A stretch of DNA of 64,000 bases from an uncultured virus (IMG/VR IMGVR_UViG_3300013936_000020) (taxonomy: Duplodnaviria; Heunggongvirae; Uroviricota; Caudoviricetes). The translations under genes were made by a program, and so were the position numbers. The notes under the pieces are model-generated. The model was not told where the DNA came from, made no database searches, and saw nothing but the letters and a program-made list of their open reading frames with translations. Shown one piece after another: positions 17,494 through 26,743 of the stretch. Where the stretch lies: the IMG/VR virus record IMGVR_UViG_3300013936_000020. One strand, 5' to 3'. Within the stretch, counting starts at the first letter, position 1. Every line of letters starts with the position of its first letter.

Positions 17494-17994
17494 TTAGGCT
17501 GTAGGAGCGAACTCCTCCTCTCTTTCGAGGTCATAGCTCAGATCTTGAAGCTCGTTCGAGAAATTGTACTTGATTCCGAACGTGCCGAATGCGTAGAAAT
17601 ACCACGACGATAGATATTCTCTGTCGTCGTTGGCTCTCTCGCTGTCCTCGGCTGCATCAAGACGCTTCACCATCTCAGGGAACAGGTCGAAATAATCATT
17701 CTCTATGTCAGCAAAGTTGCCATCCATTCTGTGAGAATCCATGTGGAGATACTTCTTCATGTCTCTGTTGACCTCGTGAGCGAACTCCCAAGCGAGGTTG
17801 TGTATGTGATTCTCGTCGTCGTACAGGTCGTTGATGTACTGCTCAAGCTCCTCTTTGTTGTCGAAATTATCCAGGCACTCTCTGTAAAGCTCCTCGATGG
17901 ACTTCGCAAACTCCTCGATGCCGATGTAGTCAGCCACCTTTTCGATGACCTCTCCCTTGTTGTTGCTAACAACTTCCACAATGCTCTTTTCCAT
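17494..17994 (-). CDS. Highly acidic hypothetical protein
   Basis: 166 aa, very D/E-rich. Confidence 0.75.
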   Translation of the reverse strand: MEKSIVEVVSNNKGEVIEKVADYIGIEEFAKSIEELYRECLDNFDNKEELEQYINDLYDDENHIHNLAWEFAHEVNRDMKKYLHMDSHRMDGNFADIENDYFDLFPEMVKRLDAAEDSERANDDREYLSSWYFYAFGTFGIKYNFSNELQDLSYDLEREEEFAPTA

Positions 17995-18058
17995 AATTCA
18001 CTTGTTTAAATGGTTGATAATGGAAATCCCCACCCGTGAGGATGAGGATTGGTTTTGG

Positions 18059-18289
18059 CTATCCGAACACCAGGAGATTGATGATAGTCCACAATTTGTA
18101 TGGGTTCAATTCCATATCAAAAAGGTTTCTTACTACGCTCTGCTTTGCGTCCTTGCAGAGTTCTCTGTAATCGTCAAGCATCTCGCCTGGGTGTCCACAC
18201 TCGTAGTGGTAGAGCATGACGTCAGTGAGAAAATTCTCACAATCGTAATACTTGCACTGCTGCTCAAGGGTCTTTCCTCTTCTTGCCAT
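18059..18289 (-). CDS. Hypothetical protein
   Basis: 76 aa, flanked by the modules. Confidence 0.65.
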   Translation of the reverse strand: MARRGKTLEQQCKYYDCENFLTDVMLYHYECGHPGEMLDDYRELCKDAKQSVVRNLFDMELNPYKLWTIINLLVFG

Positions 18290-18354
18290 AATTCACAAAT
18301 TTAAAGGGTTAAACAATGGAAGGCACGCCCATCCCTGAGCGCACCTTGTTAGGC

Positions 18355-18666
18355 TTAAATCTTCCACTTCGTAGGGTCAAGCAAATCTGAGTCTCTTGAA
18401 GCGTGCTTGTAATGGTGTACTATTCTCTTGTCGTCCATTCTTATATCTGTACCAAGAGACTCGTTTATTCCTTGGCACGCCCACATCAAGCAATCTCGCT
18501 CTGAACTACTTCCTGCCATCATATCCATGTGAATGGTGATGTAGCGGAAGTAGCTGACGTGACTCACTCCTATTTTCGCAATCCATGCAAAATAAGGGTT
18601 GCCATACACGTCTCGATTCTTTCCACGAGACCAAATCTCGATTTTTGTAATGTTCTCTTCTTTCAT
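18355..18666 (-). CDS. Hypothetical protein
   Basis: 103 aa with an RDVYGNPYF segment. Confidence 0.65.
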   Translation of the reverse strand: MKEENITKIEIWSRGKNRDVYGNPYFAWIAKIGVSHVSYFRYITIHMDMMAGSSSERDCLMWACQGINESLGTDIRMDDKRIVHHYKHASRDSDLLDPTKWKI

Positions 18667-18723
18667 ATCTATAAAATTTTGGTTTGTGGCACCTACGCAT
18701 CTCTGCGTAGGATTTTTTTTGGC

Positions 18724-19125
18724 TTACATGTACTTCGTGGTGTCAACACCAAGTCTGTGAGCGAGCTGGAAGACCTTGCAGGAAATGCTCATAAACCAGT
18801 TCTCCGCGAAATTATCCGCTTTCTTTTCTGTCTGGCAATATCCCCAAGACTTACCAATCTGCTTGATGTTGTACGGATTGAACTCGATGCAAAATACAGA
18901 AGGTAGCCCCTTAGTCCACTCGCAGAAACGTTCTACCACGCTCTTGTATAACTGCTTGTTGTAAGGATAATTCGCCTCCTTGTTGAATTGCTCCAACAAT
19001 ACGATCATCTTCTCGCTGTCGCTCATTCCGTCTGAGTCAATATCGACGTTCTCGGGAACGATTGCGTCAAGGATATATGCGTACTGTTTTCCGTTCACCT
19101 TGTAGTCTCTTACGTTCTTCTTCAT
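18724..19125 (-). CDS. Hypothetical protein
   Basis: 133 aa, flanked by the modules. Confidence 0.7.
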   Translation of the reverse strand: MKKNVRDYKVNGKQYAYILDAIVPENVDIDSDGMSDSEKMIVLLEQFNKEANYPYNKQLYKSVVERFCEWTKGLPSVFCIEFNPYNIKQIGKSWGYCQTEKKADNFAENWFMSISCKVFQLAHRLGVDTTKYM

Positions 19126-19190
19126 AATTCTAATGTTTTAAGGGTTTGACATAGTTTCTGTGCAGATATACCGCACAGAATAATTTTGGC

Positions 19191-19367
19191 TCAAAACCTG
19201 CGAGGCTTACAGAAATCACGCTCAATCTCACGTGCAACCTTGTCCGCACGGCTCGCTCTTCTAAAGTAAGCCTTGTCGTCCAATTTCTTCGCCTTGCAAT
19301 CCTCGTCGATTACTCTCTTGTGCGCCTGTACCAAGCGCATGAGGAACTTTCTGTCTCCGTCTGTCAT
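19191..19367 (-). CDS. Small basic hypothetical protein (58 aa)
   Basis: Manual translation MTDGDRKFLMRLVQAHK...KPRRF*, lying exactly between two modules. Confidence 0.6.
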   Translation of the reverse strand: MTDGDRKFLMRLVQAHKRVIDEDCKAKKLDDKAYFRRASRADKVAREIERDFCKPRRF

Positions 19368-19431
19368 AATTCTGAATTTTGATGGTTAATAATTGTAATG
19401 TAGCCCTACAGAAGGGCTACACCTTGTTAGG

Positions 19432-19980
19432 CTAAAACTTGTACTCTTTCTTCTTGCGTGTGTAATTATCCACGTAGAACACCTTCACTGCACCATATTC
19501 TTTGCGGAGCTCGTTGGCATTGTATGCTACTCGTTCCATGTTTCCACAAATAACCGAGTTATGCTCTGCTCCATCCTTATCAACGAATGATACGGAATAT
19601 CCGCTCCATAGGAAATTATCCAGGTTCTTTCGGACAAACTCGTCAAACCTATAGCCTACGTTAGCTGCCATCTCGTGCATCTTCACGTAATACTCCTTTG
19701 TCGTGCCAAGCGTCTTGGCTGTAAGAAGGCAGATTTTCTCTCTGCCTTGATACTCGATGTAGAAATCCGTGTAGATTCCCTCGTTCGAGCCAAAGGTGGT
19801 GATGGAAAACGAGTCGAAAGCCTCGCTCACAATCTCTGTCTCGTTTAAATCCCATGCAGAGTAATAATCGAGACACGCTTTGCTCGCCCAATTTTCCTCC
19901 TCGATGTATCTTTCAATGATTTTTCCAAGCTCTATCGAGGTGTAAGGCCTGTCGATACCGGCAATCTTTTCTTTCTTCAT
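19432..19980 (-). CDS. Hypothetical protein
   Basis: 182 aa with an FGSNEGIYTDF segment. Confidence 0.75.
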   Translation of the reverse strand: MKKEKIAGIDRPYTSIELGKIIERYIEEENWASKACLDYYSAWDLNETEIVSEAFDSFSITTFGSNEGIYTDFYIEYQGREKICLLTAKTLGTTKEYYVKMHEMAANVGYRFDEFVRKNLDNFLWSGYSVSFVDKDGAEHNSVICGNMERVAYNANELRKEYGAVKVFYVDNYTRKKKEYKF

Positions 19981-20041
19981 AAATCTATTCTGTTTTGGTT
20001 AATAGCAGGCAGCACGAATTATCGTACTGCCCAGATTCGGC

Positions 20042-20260
20042 TCATTGGTTGTGCGACCATTTCCACAGACGGTCAACGTAGTCAGGACCACACAGATACT
20101 TGTCCGTGTCTCCTCCGTCGTCGATGTCGTTCATAAGCCTGCGCACGTCCTCCTTCAACTGAGCCTTGTCATCCTCCGCTCTCTGTGCGTACACTCCACA
20201 ACCTACAAGGAGCAAGGCTATCGCCAACGCTCCAAGGAACTCACAAATGTCTCTTCTCAT
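20042..20260 (-). CDS. Small membrane-anchored or secreted protein
   Basis: N-terminal hydrophobic helix ending LVGC. Confidence 0.6.
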   Translation of the reverse strand: MRRDICEFLGALAIALLLVGCGVYAQRAEDDKAQLKEDVRRLMNDIDDGGDTDKYLCGPDYVDRLWKWSHNQ

Positions 20261-20314
20261 AATTCTGAATGCTTTGGTTAATAATGAGGAGAGGGAGAAA
20301 CATCTCCCTCTGAT

Positions 20315-20551
20315 TTAGGCTGACTCCCACACGACTTTCTTGTCAGAGTCTCGTCTTAGCTGGAATACGAGATGGATTTTCTTGTTCTCGTCTGCTGTCT
20401 GCTGCAATAATACTTTTGCCCTTGCTAACTTGCAAATGTCGTACTCTGAGTAAACTGAGGCGTAGATGATGTTTGTCACAGGAACTCCCTGAGACAAATC
20501 GAAGGCATGAAAATTATTCGTGCCATCCCATTTTGCGTAAACTATAAACAT
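20315..20551 (-). CDS. Hypothetical protein
   Basis: Start re-assigned to MFIVYA; ends in GCCTAA. Confidence 0.6.
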   Translation of the reverse strand: MFIVYAKWDGTNNFHAFDLSQGVPVTNIIYASVYSEYDICKLARAKVLLQQTADENKKIHLVFQLRRDSDKKVVWESA

Positions 20552-20602
20552 ATTCTTGAAATTTTGGTTTATAGAAGTGCCTGGCAATCGCCAAGCACAA
20601 AT

Positions 20603-20890
20603 TTAGGCTAAGAACTTCTTGATGTACTCAACAACCTTGTCATACAACTCGTCGAGCTTATCGGGACGTAGTGTGTAGAAAAACGAGAATTGCTCACAAT
20701 ACAAGTCATTTGTCTCCTTGCTTCCCGTGTACACGCACACGCTCACGTATCCCCCTTTTTCGATGTATATCTCGAAAGAGAATTTTCCGTTGGCAAACGT
20801 GTCTCTCTGAATCTCATGCAACTTAGGCAAGATGTTCGTGCGCAAATACTCTCTGTACGTCTCCCACTCAGGGTAATCTAATTTCTTCAT
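20603..20890 (-). CDS. Hypothetical protein
   Basis: Start re-assigned to MKKLDY; ends in GCCTAA. Confidence 0.6.
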   Translation of the reverse strand: MKKLDYPEWETYREYLRTNILPKLHEIQRDTFANGKFSFEIYIEKGGYVSVCVYTGSKETNDLYCEQFSFFYTLRPDKLDELYDKVVEYIKKFLA

Positions 20891-20953
20891 AATTCTGTGA
20901 TTTTTTTTGTTTGACATAGTATGCGTGGGAAAACGCCCACGCACGTTTTTGGC

Positions 20954-21259
20954 TTACAGTAAGTCAAGGCAGATGATTATTATCCAACCCTCTCCGTTGT
21001 CAAGCAGAGCGATGTTCTCGTCTGTCAGCTTGGAATTAATCCATTTGTCAACGTTAGGAAAATCAGAGAAGTCAGACTCATCGAACCAAACGGCACAATA
21101 TGCGCCTGGTTTCAACGTGTCAACGCCGTCGGCTCCGTAGTGTCTGCTGACATCCACATCTCTGACGAATACGTCGATGCTATAGTTGCTGTTGTACACT
21201 CCGTCCTTGTTGAGGACATCCATGAGGTCTATGACCTGCGCTTTACTAATTGCTTTCAT
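20954..21259 (-). CDS. Acidic hypothetical protein
   Basis: 101 aa, flanked by the modules. Confidence 0.65.
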   Translation of the reverse strand: MKAISKAQVIDLMDVLNKDGVYNSNYSIDVFVRDVDVSRHYGADGVDTLKPGAYCAVWFDESDFSDFPNVDKWINSKLTDENIALLDNGEGWIIIICLDLL

Positions 21260-21330
21260 AATCTAATTCTGTTTAAATGGTGAATAATAGAATCCGCTCG
21301 AATATCTCCAAGCGGAAATTTTAGGCTCAC

Positions 21331-21540
21331 TTAGTCCTCGTATTCCTCAATCTTTGCGTCGAAGTTGTCAACGAAAACGCCTATGACGAACATCCCTATC
21401 ATCTCCAGAATCACAGCATAGCCTATAGCTTGAACATCTCCAAGCACATAGCCAACGCCTCCGATAGCTGATGCGATTACTGACAACACGATTGACTGAA
21501 CGAATGCGAGCACGCTCTTCTCTAACTTAATCTTTTCCAT
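21331..21540 (-). CDS. Small membrane protein (2 TM)
   Basis: Hydrophobic 69-aa ORF. Confidence 0.6.
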   Translation of the reverse strand: MEKIKLEKSVLAFVQSIVLSVIASAIGGVGYVLGDVQAIGYAVILEMIGMFVIGVFVDNFDAKIEEYED

Positions 21541-21644
21541 AATTCTATTTGTTTAAAGGGTTGTTAATTATCGTACTGCCCACAGTAAGCAGGCAGATTT
21601 TAGGCTAAAATTCTCCAAGCACAATTATCGTACTTGCCAACTCC

Positions 21645-21878
21645 TCAGAGCGTGGGGAAGATGAAATTCTCCAAGCGCAGCGTGGAACGCCACAGCTCTT
21701 TGAAGAACCACCTCCCAATTATCGTACTGCTCCAGAATATACCAAGCGCAACCGCCCAAAATATTCCAAGCACAATTACGAGAATATTCGTACTTGCCAA
21801 GCACACGAAAGCTGGCACGCTCTGAAAAAATCCAAGCACAATTATTGCGCTTGCGTAAATAATCTGTCTCTGTCTCAT
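21645..21878 (-). CDS. Small membrane protein overlapping a repeat cluster
   Basis: Start MRQRQI; hydrophobic, with internally repeated IVLG/STII words. Confidence 0.5.
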   Translation of the reverse strand: MRQRQIIYASAIIVLGFFQSVPAFVCLASTNILVIVLGIFWAVALGIFWSSTIIGRWFFKELWRSTLRLENFIFPTL

Positions 21879-21947
21879 AATTCTAAATTTTAATAGTGAT
21901 TGTCGCTCCGTAGCCAAGCACGATAATTATCGTACTGGCTACAGAAT

Positions 21948-22082
21948 TTAGGCTAAAACAGCCACAACGAGTTTCTTTCCGCCGTAGCTCATGTACTCCA
22001 CGTGGGCGTATATCGTCTGCAAATCGGCGATGTACAACTCCATCATTCTCCTCCCTCTGCAATCTAATGTTATCGTACTCAT
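21948..22082 (-). CDS. Small hypothetical protein (44 aa)
   Basis: Manual translation MSTITLDCRG...VAVLA*, ending in GCCTAA. Confidence 0.5.
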   Translation of the reverse strand: MSTITLDCRGRRMMELYIADLQTIYAHVEYMSYGGKKLVVAVLA

Positions 22083-22136
22083 AATTCTAAATGTTTAATG
22101 GTTGTTATTTGTACCCTATCAAGTGATAGGGAATCT

Positions 22137-22334
22137 TTAGGCTGATTTCAGATAATTGTGAATATATTCTGCCTCTTCTACCGTGAGACCGATACCGAGA
22201 ACGAGTATCCCGACGTAATCATTATAAAACCTATCGCTTGCGAAATCCTCGCAATATGTACGGAAATTCTTCTCAGCCTCAGCAGCCGAAACGTTTCTAT
22301 TCTCTGAAATCTTCTTGATGATATTCTCTTTCAT
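22137..22334 (-). CDS. Hypothetical protein
   Basis: 65 aa, ends in GCCTAA. Confidence 0.6.
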   Translation of the reverse strand: MKENIIKKISENRNVSAAEAEKNFRTYCEDFASDRFYNDYVGILVLGIGLTVEEAEYIHNYLKSA

Positions 22335-22399
22335 AATTCTATTAATTTAAATGGTGAATAAATTGTAGGACTGAGATTTCTCTCAGCCCCGTTAGCCAG

Positions 22400-23080
22400 G
22401 ACGTGCATCTTGGCACCACGTTTTATCTTTATTGTTCTCACTACGTGGCTCACGCCCTACAGTTATTGTGGAACTGCATCCAGAGTGTTTGTTTCTGAGT
22501 GATTTCTCAACACTGAAAACACACAACAGATTTCAGTCAGCGTGGATAGTGTGCGCCTTGGTACGCTGCAAACCGTGGTTGCACACACCGTGATTTCTAC
22601 AGTAACCAACTGCCACGCTCACGACACGTGATAGAATATGAATTATGATTTTCTCTCATCCCCGGCGAGCAAGTTTCCACTCGCTCTATCGGAACACGTC
22701 CGATACCGGTGACAGGTGTTCTCCACCTGCAATCGTCACACCGTTCCCGGTGTTAGTGTGGCTACGATTTCTTGCCTAACACGTGCCTCGTATCTTTCGG
22801 TATCGTGCGGCTCCACACTTTCTCGTTTCTCTCGTATGGATGTCTCCGTGAAATCTCGTTTCACTCTCCCATATCGGTGTGCTTCTCACACTCTCGATTT
22901 GCTGAGAAACTCTCTTGAATTTTGGCAATTAGTCCCCTGAGGGAGAATGAATTCTCTCTCTGAGTAAGCCCACACACCGCGACAAGGTTTACCAAAACGT
23001 GTGGGAAAAGTAAGGGTACGACGACCCGCACCTAATCTCTTGACCAGGTGTAAAATGAGGGTGGATTTCTCCACCCTTAT
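22400..23080. ncRNA. Candidate large structured ncRNA (~700 nt)
   Basis: No credible ORF; a dense series of hairpins at 22687-22705, 22709-22739, 22750-22782, 22939-22960, 22969-23005 and 23058-23077. Confidence 0.5.
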
Positions 23081-23107
23081 TTTTTGAGTAGTGGAAAGAA
23101 AGGGTGA

Positions 23108-23590
23108 TTACTCACCCTTACCCTCTAATTTGTTCGCTTCTGCTAACATGGCGAGTGCTTCAGCCCTTAGCTCAGCTGCATTCTTAGCACGCTTGCGTGC
23201 AGTCTTCTTTCCCTTTGCAAAGCTATCATGGAGTGATCTTATGTGGCTACCTAATCTTTGCGCCGTGTCAATAATACCCGTTTGTGTGTCTTTGCCGTTA
23301 TCATCGAACCACTTGGCAAAGGAAGGCAACTTGTGCTTATGGCTAAACTCGCTTATAGCGGTACGTACGCATTCTGTTTGAAGTTGGTTATATGTGGTGT
23401 CACCTAATACCACTTTGTTTGCAACTTTTTGGTACGCTTTTCTTGCAGTCTCTAAAGCCTTTGCAGTATCTAATAACTCGGCGTCCTTGCTATCTTTAAG
23501 TAAGGCTGCCTTATAGGCGTTCAATACATCAAGTGATACGCTGCACTTCTCACTCTCTCTAATCTCTGAAACGTATACCTTTGTGTCCAT
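23108..23590 (-). CDS. Hypothetical protein, first gene of the leftward transcript
   Basis: 160-aa K/A-rich ORF downstream of a TACCTTTG promoter. Confidence 0.75.
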   Translation of the reverse strand: MDTKVYVSEIRESEKCSVSLDVLNAYKAALLKDSKDAELLDTAKALETARKAYQKVANKVVLGDTTYNQLQTECVRTAISEFSHKHKLPSFAKWFDDNGKDTQTGIIDTAQRLGSHIRSLHDSFAKGKKTARKRAKNAAELRAEALAMLAEANKLEGKGE

Positions 23591-24577
23591 ACAATTCGGT
23601 GTGCTCTATTATCAACCGCACACACCACACGGGAAAAATTGTACTTTATAGATAGTAATCTATCTTTCCTTTATCTGCTGCAAAGGTACGACTTTTTTCG
23701 CACATACGCAAATTTTTTGTGTTAAAAATAACATAAACCAATCTTTGTAACATATTGATTATTAGGTAGTTATCGGTTTTAACACTTTGCGGTAAATAGC
23801 AAATATAAACCTTTTTTAGTTATATATATGTAACTAAATAATAGGTTAAATGTTAAAATTTAACATTATTGCCAGTAAATAATTGCATAAATATACGCAT
23901 AAATATGGTAAATAAAAAGTCAGTCAATTCTTTTGTAATATATTTTAATGTTCCACGAAATACATATTGTTCCACGAAATGAATAAATATACGAGAATTG
24001 AGTATTAATATACGTGGTAAGTAGTTGAGTATTAAGGGGTTACAAAAACTATAAACCGATTAACATTTGTTAACATTTGTGGAACAAAAATAGTGTTTCA
24101 CGGAAATATTATATAGTATAAACTTTCTTATTTTGTCCTGTTTTTTCAGAAGACACCCCCGTACCCCCTAATGAGCCGAAAATCTTGGGCGTAGTCACCT
24201 CTTCTAAAAATTTTTTCTTCCGATTTTTTGAGGTTTATATAAAGATTTTTTACTTTTTAGTCGAAATGAATATATATACATAATCGAAGTATCGATTGTT
24301 TCACGGTTTATCGAGATAATTGACCACTCATTAATGCCACCTTCTTATATGTATATCTATGCAATATGGTGTGCAAGTTAAAAATGTATAATTATACAGC
24401 ATATTTACTGCATATTGGATAAATATACAAGATATTTTCTTACCTTTGCATTGTTCCTATTTTTAATGGGACATATGAGGTTGGCGAAATTGAGCCTACA
24501 TATCCATCTGAAAAGCCAGTGTTTATTAGGGTTTCGCCGTAAGTATAACGAAAAGATAATGTCAATATTGTGCATAT
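23591..24577. promoter_or_regulatory. AT-rich divergent control region (candidate origin or genome-end region)
   Basis: About 1 kb non-coding. TACCTTTG on minus (~23681-23688) and on plus (24441-24448); short direct repeats TGTTCCACGAAAT x2 and TAACATTTGT x2. Confidence 0.7.
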
Positions 24578-26134
24578 ATGGAAAATGGCATAGCGATAGA
24601 TACTTTGCATGGCCAGTTGCTTGAGCTTTCGAGGCAGGGAGAGTATGGTTTCGATGCCCTTCGTGGCCAGGACTGGGGCAAGAGCAATTCGGACAAGTAC
24701 AACAGGTTGAAGACGTCGTTCGTGAGGTCGATGAGGATGCTTGCGAAGAAGGCTCCGGTCAAGTACTACAAGGGTTCGTACTACGTGTTCAACGGAAAGA
24801 TATACGAGGTAGTCCCGAAGGTTGTCCTGGAGCAGTCCTACCAGTTGTTGGTCCTCGACCTTGCGCTCGGTCCGATGCTTGGGGTAACGACGGTAATGAA
24901 CAAGTCGTTCCTGGAGGTGATCGAGTGCTACAACTTGCTCCGTCCCTCCTTCGACATCGTGGCGTTTAGGAACGGAGTCGTTGACTTCGGGAGCGGATTG
25001 AAGAATCCGAGGGTTATGCCCTTCTCCCCTGAGTACCACGTCACCTACTATCATCCGTACGACTTCAACCCGAAGGCCAAGTGCGACAGGTTCATGAACT
25101 TCCTGCACGAGGTGCTCCCCGACAGGACATCGAGGATGATACTCCAGATGTTCCTCGGGCTGGGGCTGACCCAGAGGGGAACTGCGTACAACCAGTACGA
25201 GGGGAGGGAGTCCTCCAAGATTGAGCTCTGCCTACTGCTCATTGGTACGGGTGCGAACGGAAAGAGCGTCATCTTCGACGTGGCGTGCAGCCTGTTCGGA
25301 CGTGACAGGATCAGCAAGATGGACTACGCCGACTTGACTGCTGACGGTGACGAGGGCATGAGGGGGAGGGTCCCGATAAGGAACGCCATATTCAACTGGT
25401 CTTCGGACTCCGACCCGAGGAAGTTCGGGAAGAGGAACACCGGCATGTTCAAGAGGTTGGTGAGCGGTGAGCCTGTCCCGATGCGCGAGCTTGGCAAGAA
25501 CGTGCTGGAGGCGAACTCCATACCTTACCTCATCTTCAACATGAACGAGCTTCCGTTCCCGGACGACGCGTCGCTCGGCTTCATCAGGCGATTGCAGTAC
25601 GTGAGCTTCGACGTGACGATACCGAATGAGAGGCAGGATCCCGACCTGGCCGGGAAGATTATCCGCAACGAGCTGAGCGGAGTCTTCAACTGGGTCTTGC
25701 GTGGTGCGCAGGAGCTGAGGAAGAGGAGGTTCAGGTTCCCTGCCGCCGAGGGTAGCATCAGGCAGTTGCTCGTGTCCCTACTCGGAAGCCAGCCCGCTAT
25801 GGCGTGGATAAGGGCTTACGGAATGAGGAGCGACGCTGCCGCCAAGGGGGAGATTTCCACGTGGATTCCGTCAAGGGTTCTGTACGACCACATGGTGAGG
25901 TTCTGTAGAAACAACGACGTAGAGGAGAACAAGATTCCTTCGATGCAGAAGTTCGGCAGGGATATGTGGGAGCGGTATGGGTTCTTCAAGAAGAGAAGCT
26001 CGGAAGGCAACTTGTACCAGGTGTATGGAGTTACGTTGGACGATTTGAAGGAAGACCTTCTCATCAACGAGATCGCCCCTGCCGGCGAGGAGGACGAGAA
26101 GGAGCCTGACACATTTATCAAGGAGGATGATTGA
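24578..26134 (+). CDS. Phage primase/helicase (P4/D5-like SF3 helicase)
   Basis: D5_N-like VAFRNGVVDF...YDFNPKAKC segment, Walker A GTGANGKS, and NMNELP / GFIRRL. Confidence 0.88.
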   Translation: MENGIAIDTLHGQLLELSRQGEYGFDALRGQDWGKSNSDKYNRLKTSFVRSMRMLAKKAPVKYYKGSYYVFNGKIYEVVPKVVLEQSYQLLVLDLALGPMLGVTTVMNKSFLEVIECYNLLRPSFDIVAFRNGVVDFGSGLKNPRVMPFSPEYHVTYYHPYDFNPKAKCDRFMNFLHEVLPDRTSRMILQMFLGLGLTQRGTAYNQYEGRESSKIELCLLLIGTGANGKSVIFDVACSLFGRDRISKMDYADLTADGDEGMRGRVPIRNAIFNWSSDSDPRKFGKRNTGMFKRLVSGEPVPMRELGKNVLEANSIPYLIFNMNELPFPDDASLGFIRRLQYVSFDVTIPNERQDPDLAGKIIRNELSGVFNWVLRGAQELRKRRFRFPAAEGSIRQLLVSLLGSQPAMAWIRAYGMRSDAAAKGEISTWIPSRVLYDHMVRFCRNNDVEENKIPSMQKFGRDMWERYGFFKKRSSEGNLYQVYGVTLDDLKEDLLINEIAPAGEEDEKEPDTFIKEDD

Positions 26135-26743
26135 CATGAAGGACTGGACTGGAAACAAGAAGAGTACGTTCGTTACGTTGGGAGCATCCAACCACACGGA
26201 CAAGGAGCGTGAGGCCAATGATTTTTACGCCACCGACCCAATCGCTATCGACAAATTGATAGCGGAGTTTGAGATTATTCCATTTCATCGTATCTGGGAG
26301 TGTGCCTGTGGTACGGGTTGCTTGTCGGAAAGATTAAAATACTTCGGCTACGATGTAATCTCCAGCGACATTGTGAATAGAGGCTATGGAGAGGTGAAGG
26401 ATTTTCTTGGTGCAACAGATATGCCGGATGATTGTCAGTGCATACTTACGAACCCTCCATACAAGTACGCCTCTGAGTTCATAAAGCACTCGTTGGAGTT
26501 GCTTCCTGATGGAGGTCTTTGTTTCATGTTTCTGAAGACAACGTTTCTTGAGGGGCAGAAGAGATACGACGAGATATTCAACGTCACCCCCCACTCTGTG
26601 TCATGCAGTTCTCGAAGAGGGTCCTGTGCGCAAAGAACGGAGACTTTCAGAGAATGAGGGACGGAGGCGGTTCTGCCGTTGCCTATGCCTGGTTCGTGTG
26701 GAGAAAGGGTTACAAGGGTGAAACTACGATTTGCTGGATATGA
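26127..26743 (+). pseudogene. DNA amino-methyltransferase (NPPY type), frameshifted at a C6 tract
   Basis: WECACGTG and LTNPPY motifs. The C-terminal part (FSKRVLCAKNG...AYAWFVWRKGYKGETTICWI*) is out of frame after C6 at 26587-26592. Confidence 0.8.

Larger units (their letters stand above)
4680..22400 (-). repeat. About 25 dispersed intergenic modules: AGCCWAA - variable hairpin - AACC/A-rich leader - ATG
   Basis: Present between nearly all early genes, for example 15041-15096, 15669-15722, 17160-17221, 17443-17500, 18667-18724, 19370-19433, 20261-20321 and 22083-22143. Confidence 0.9.
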
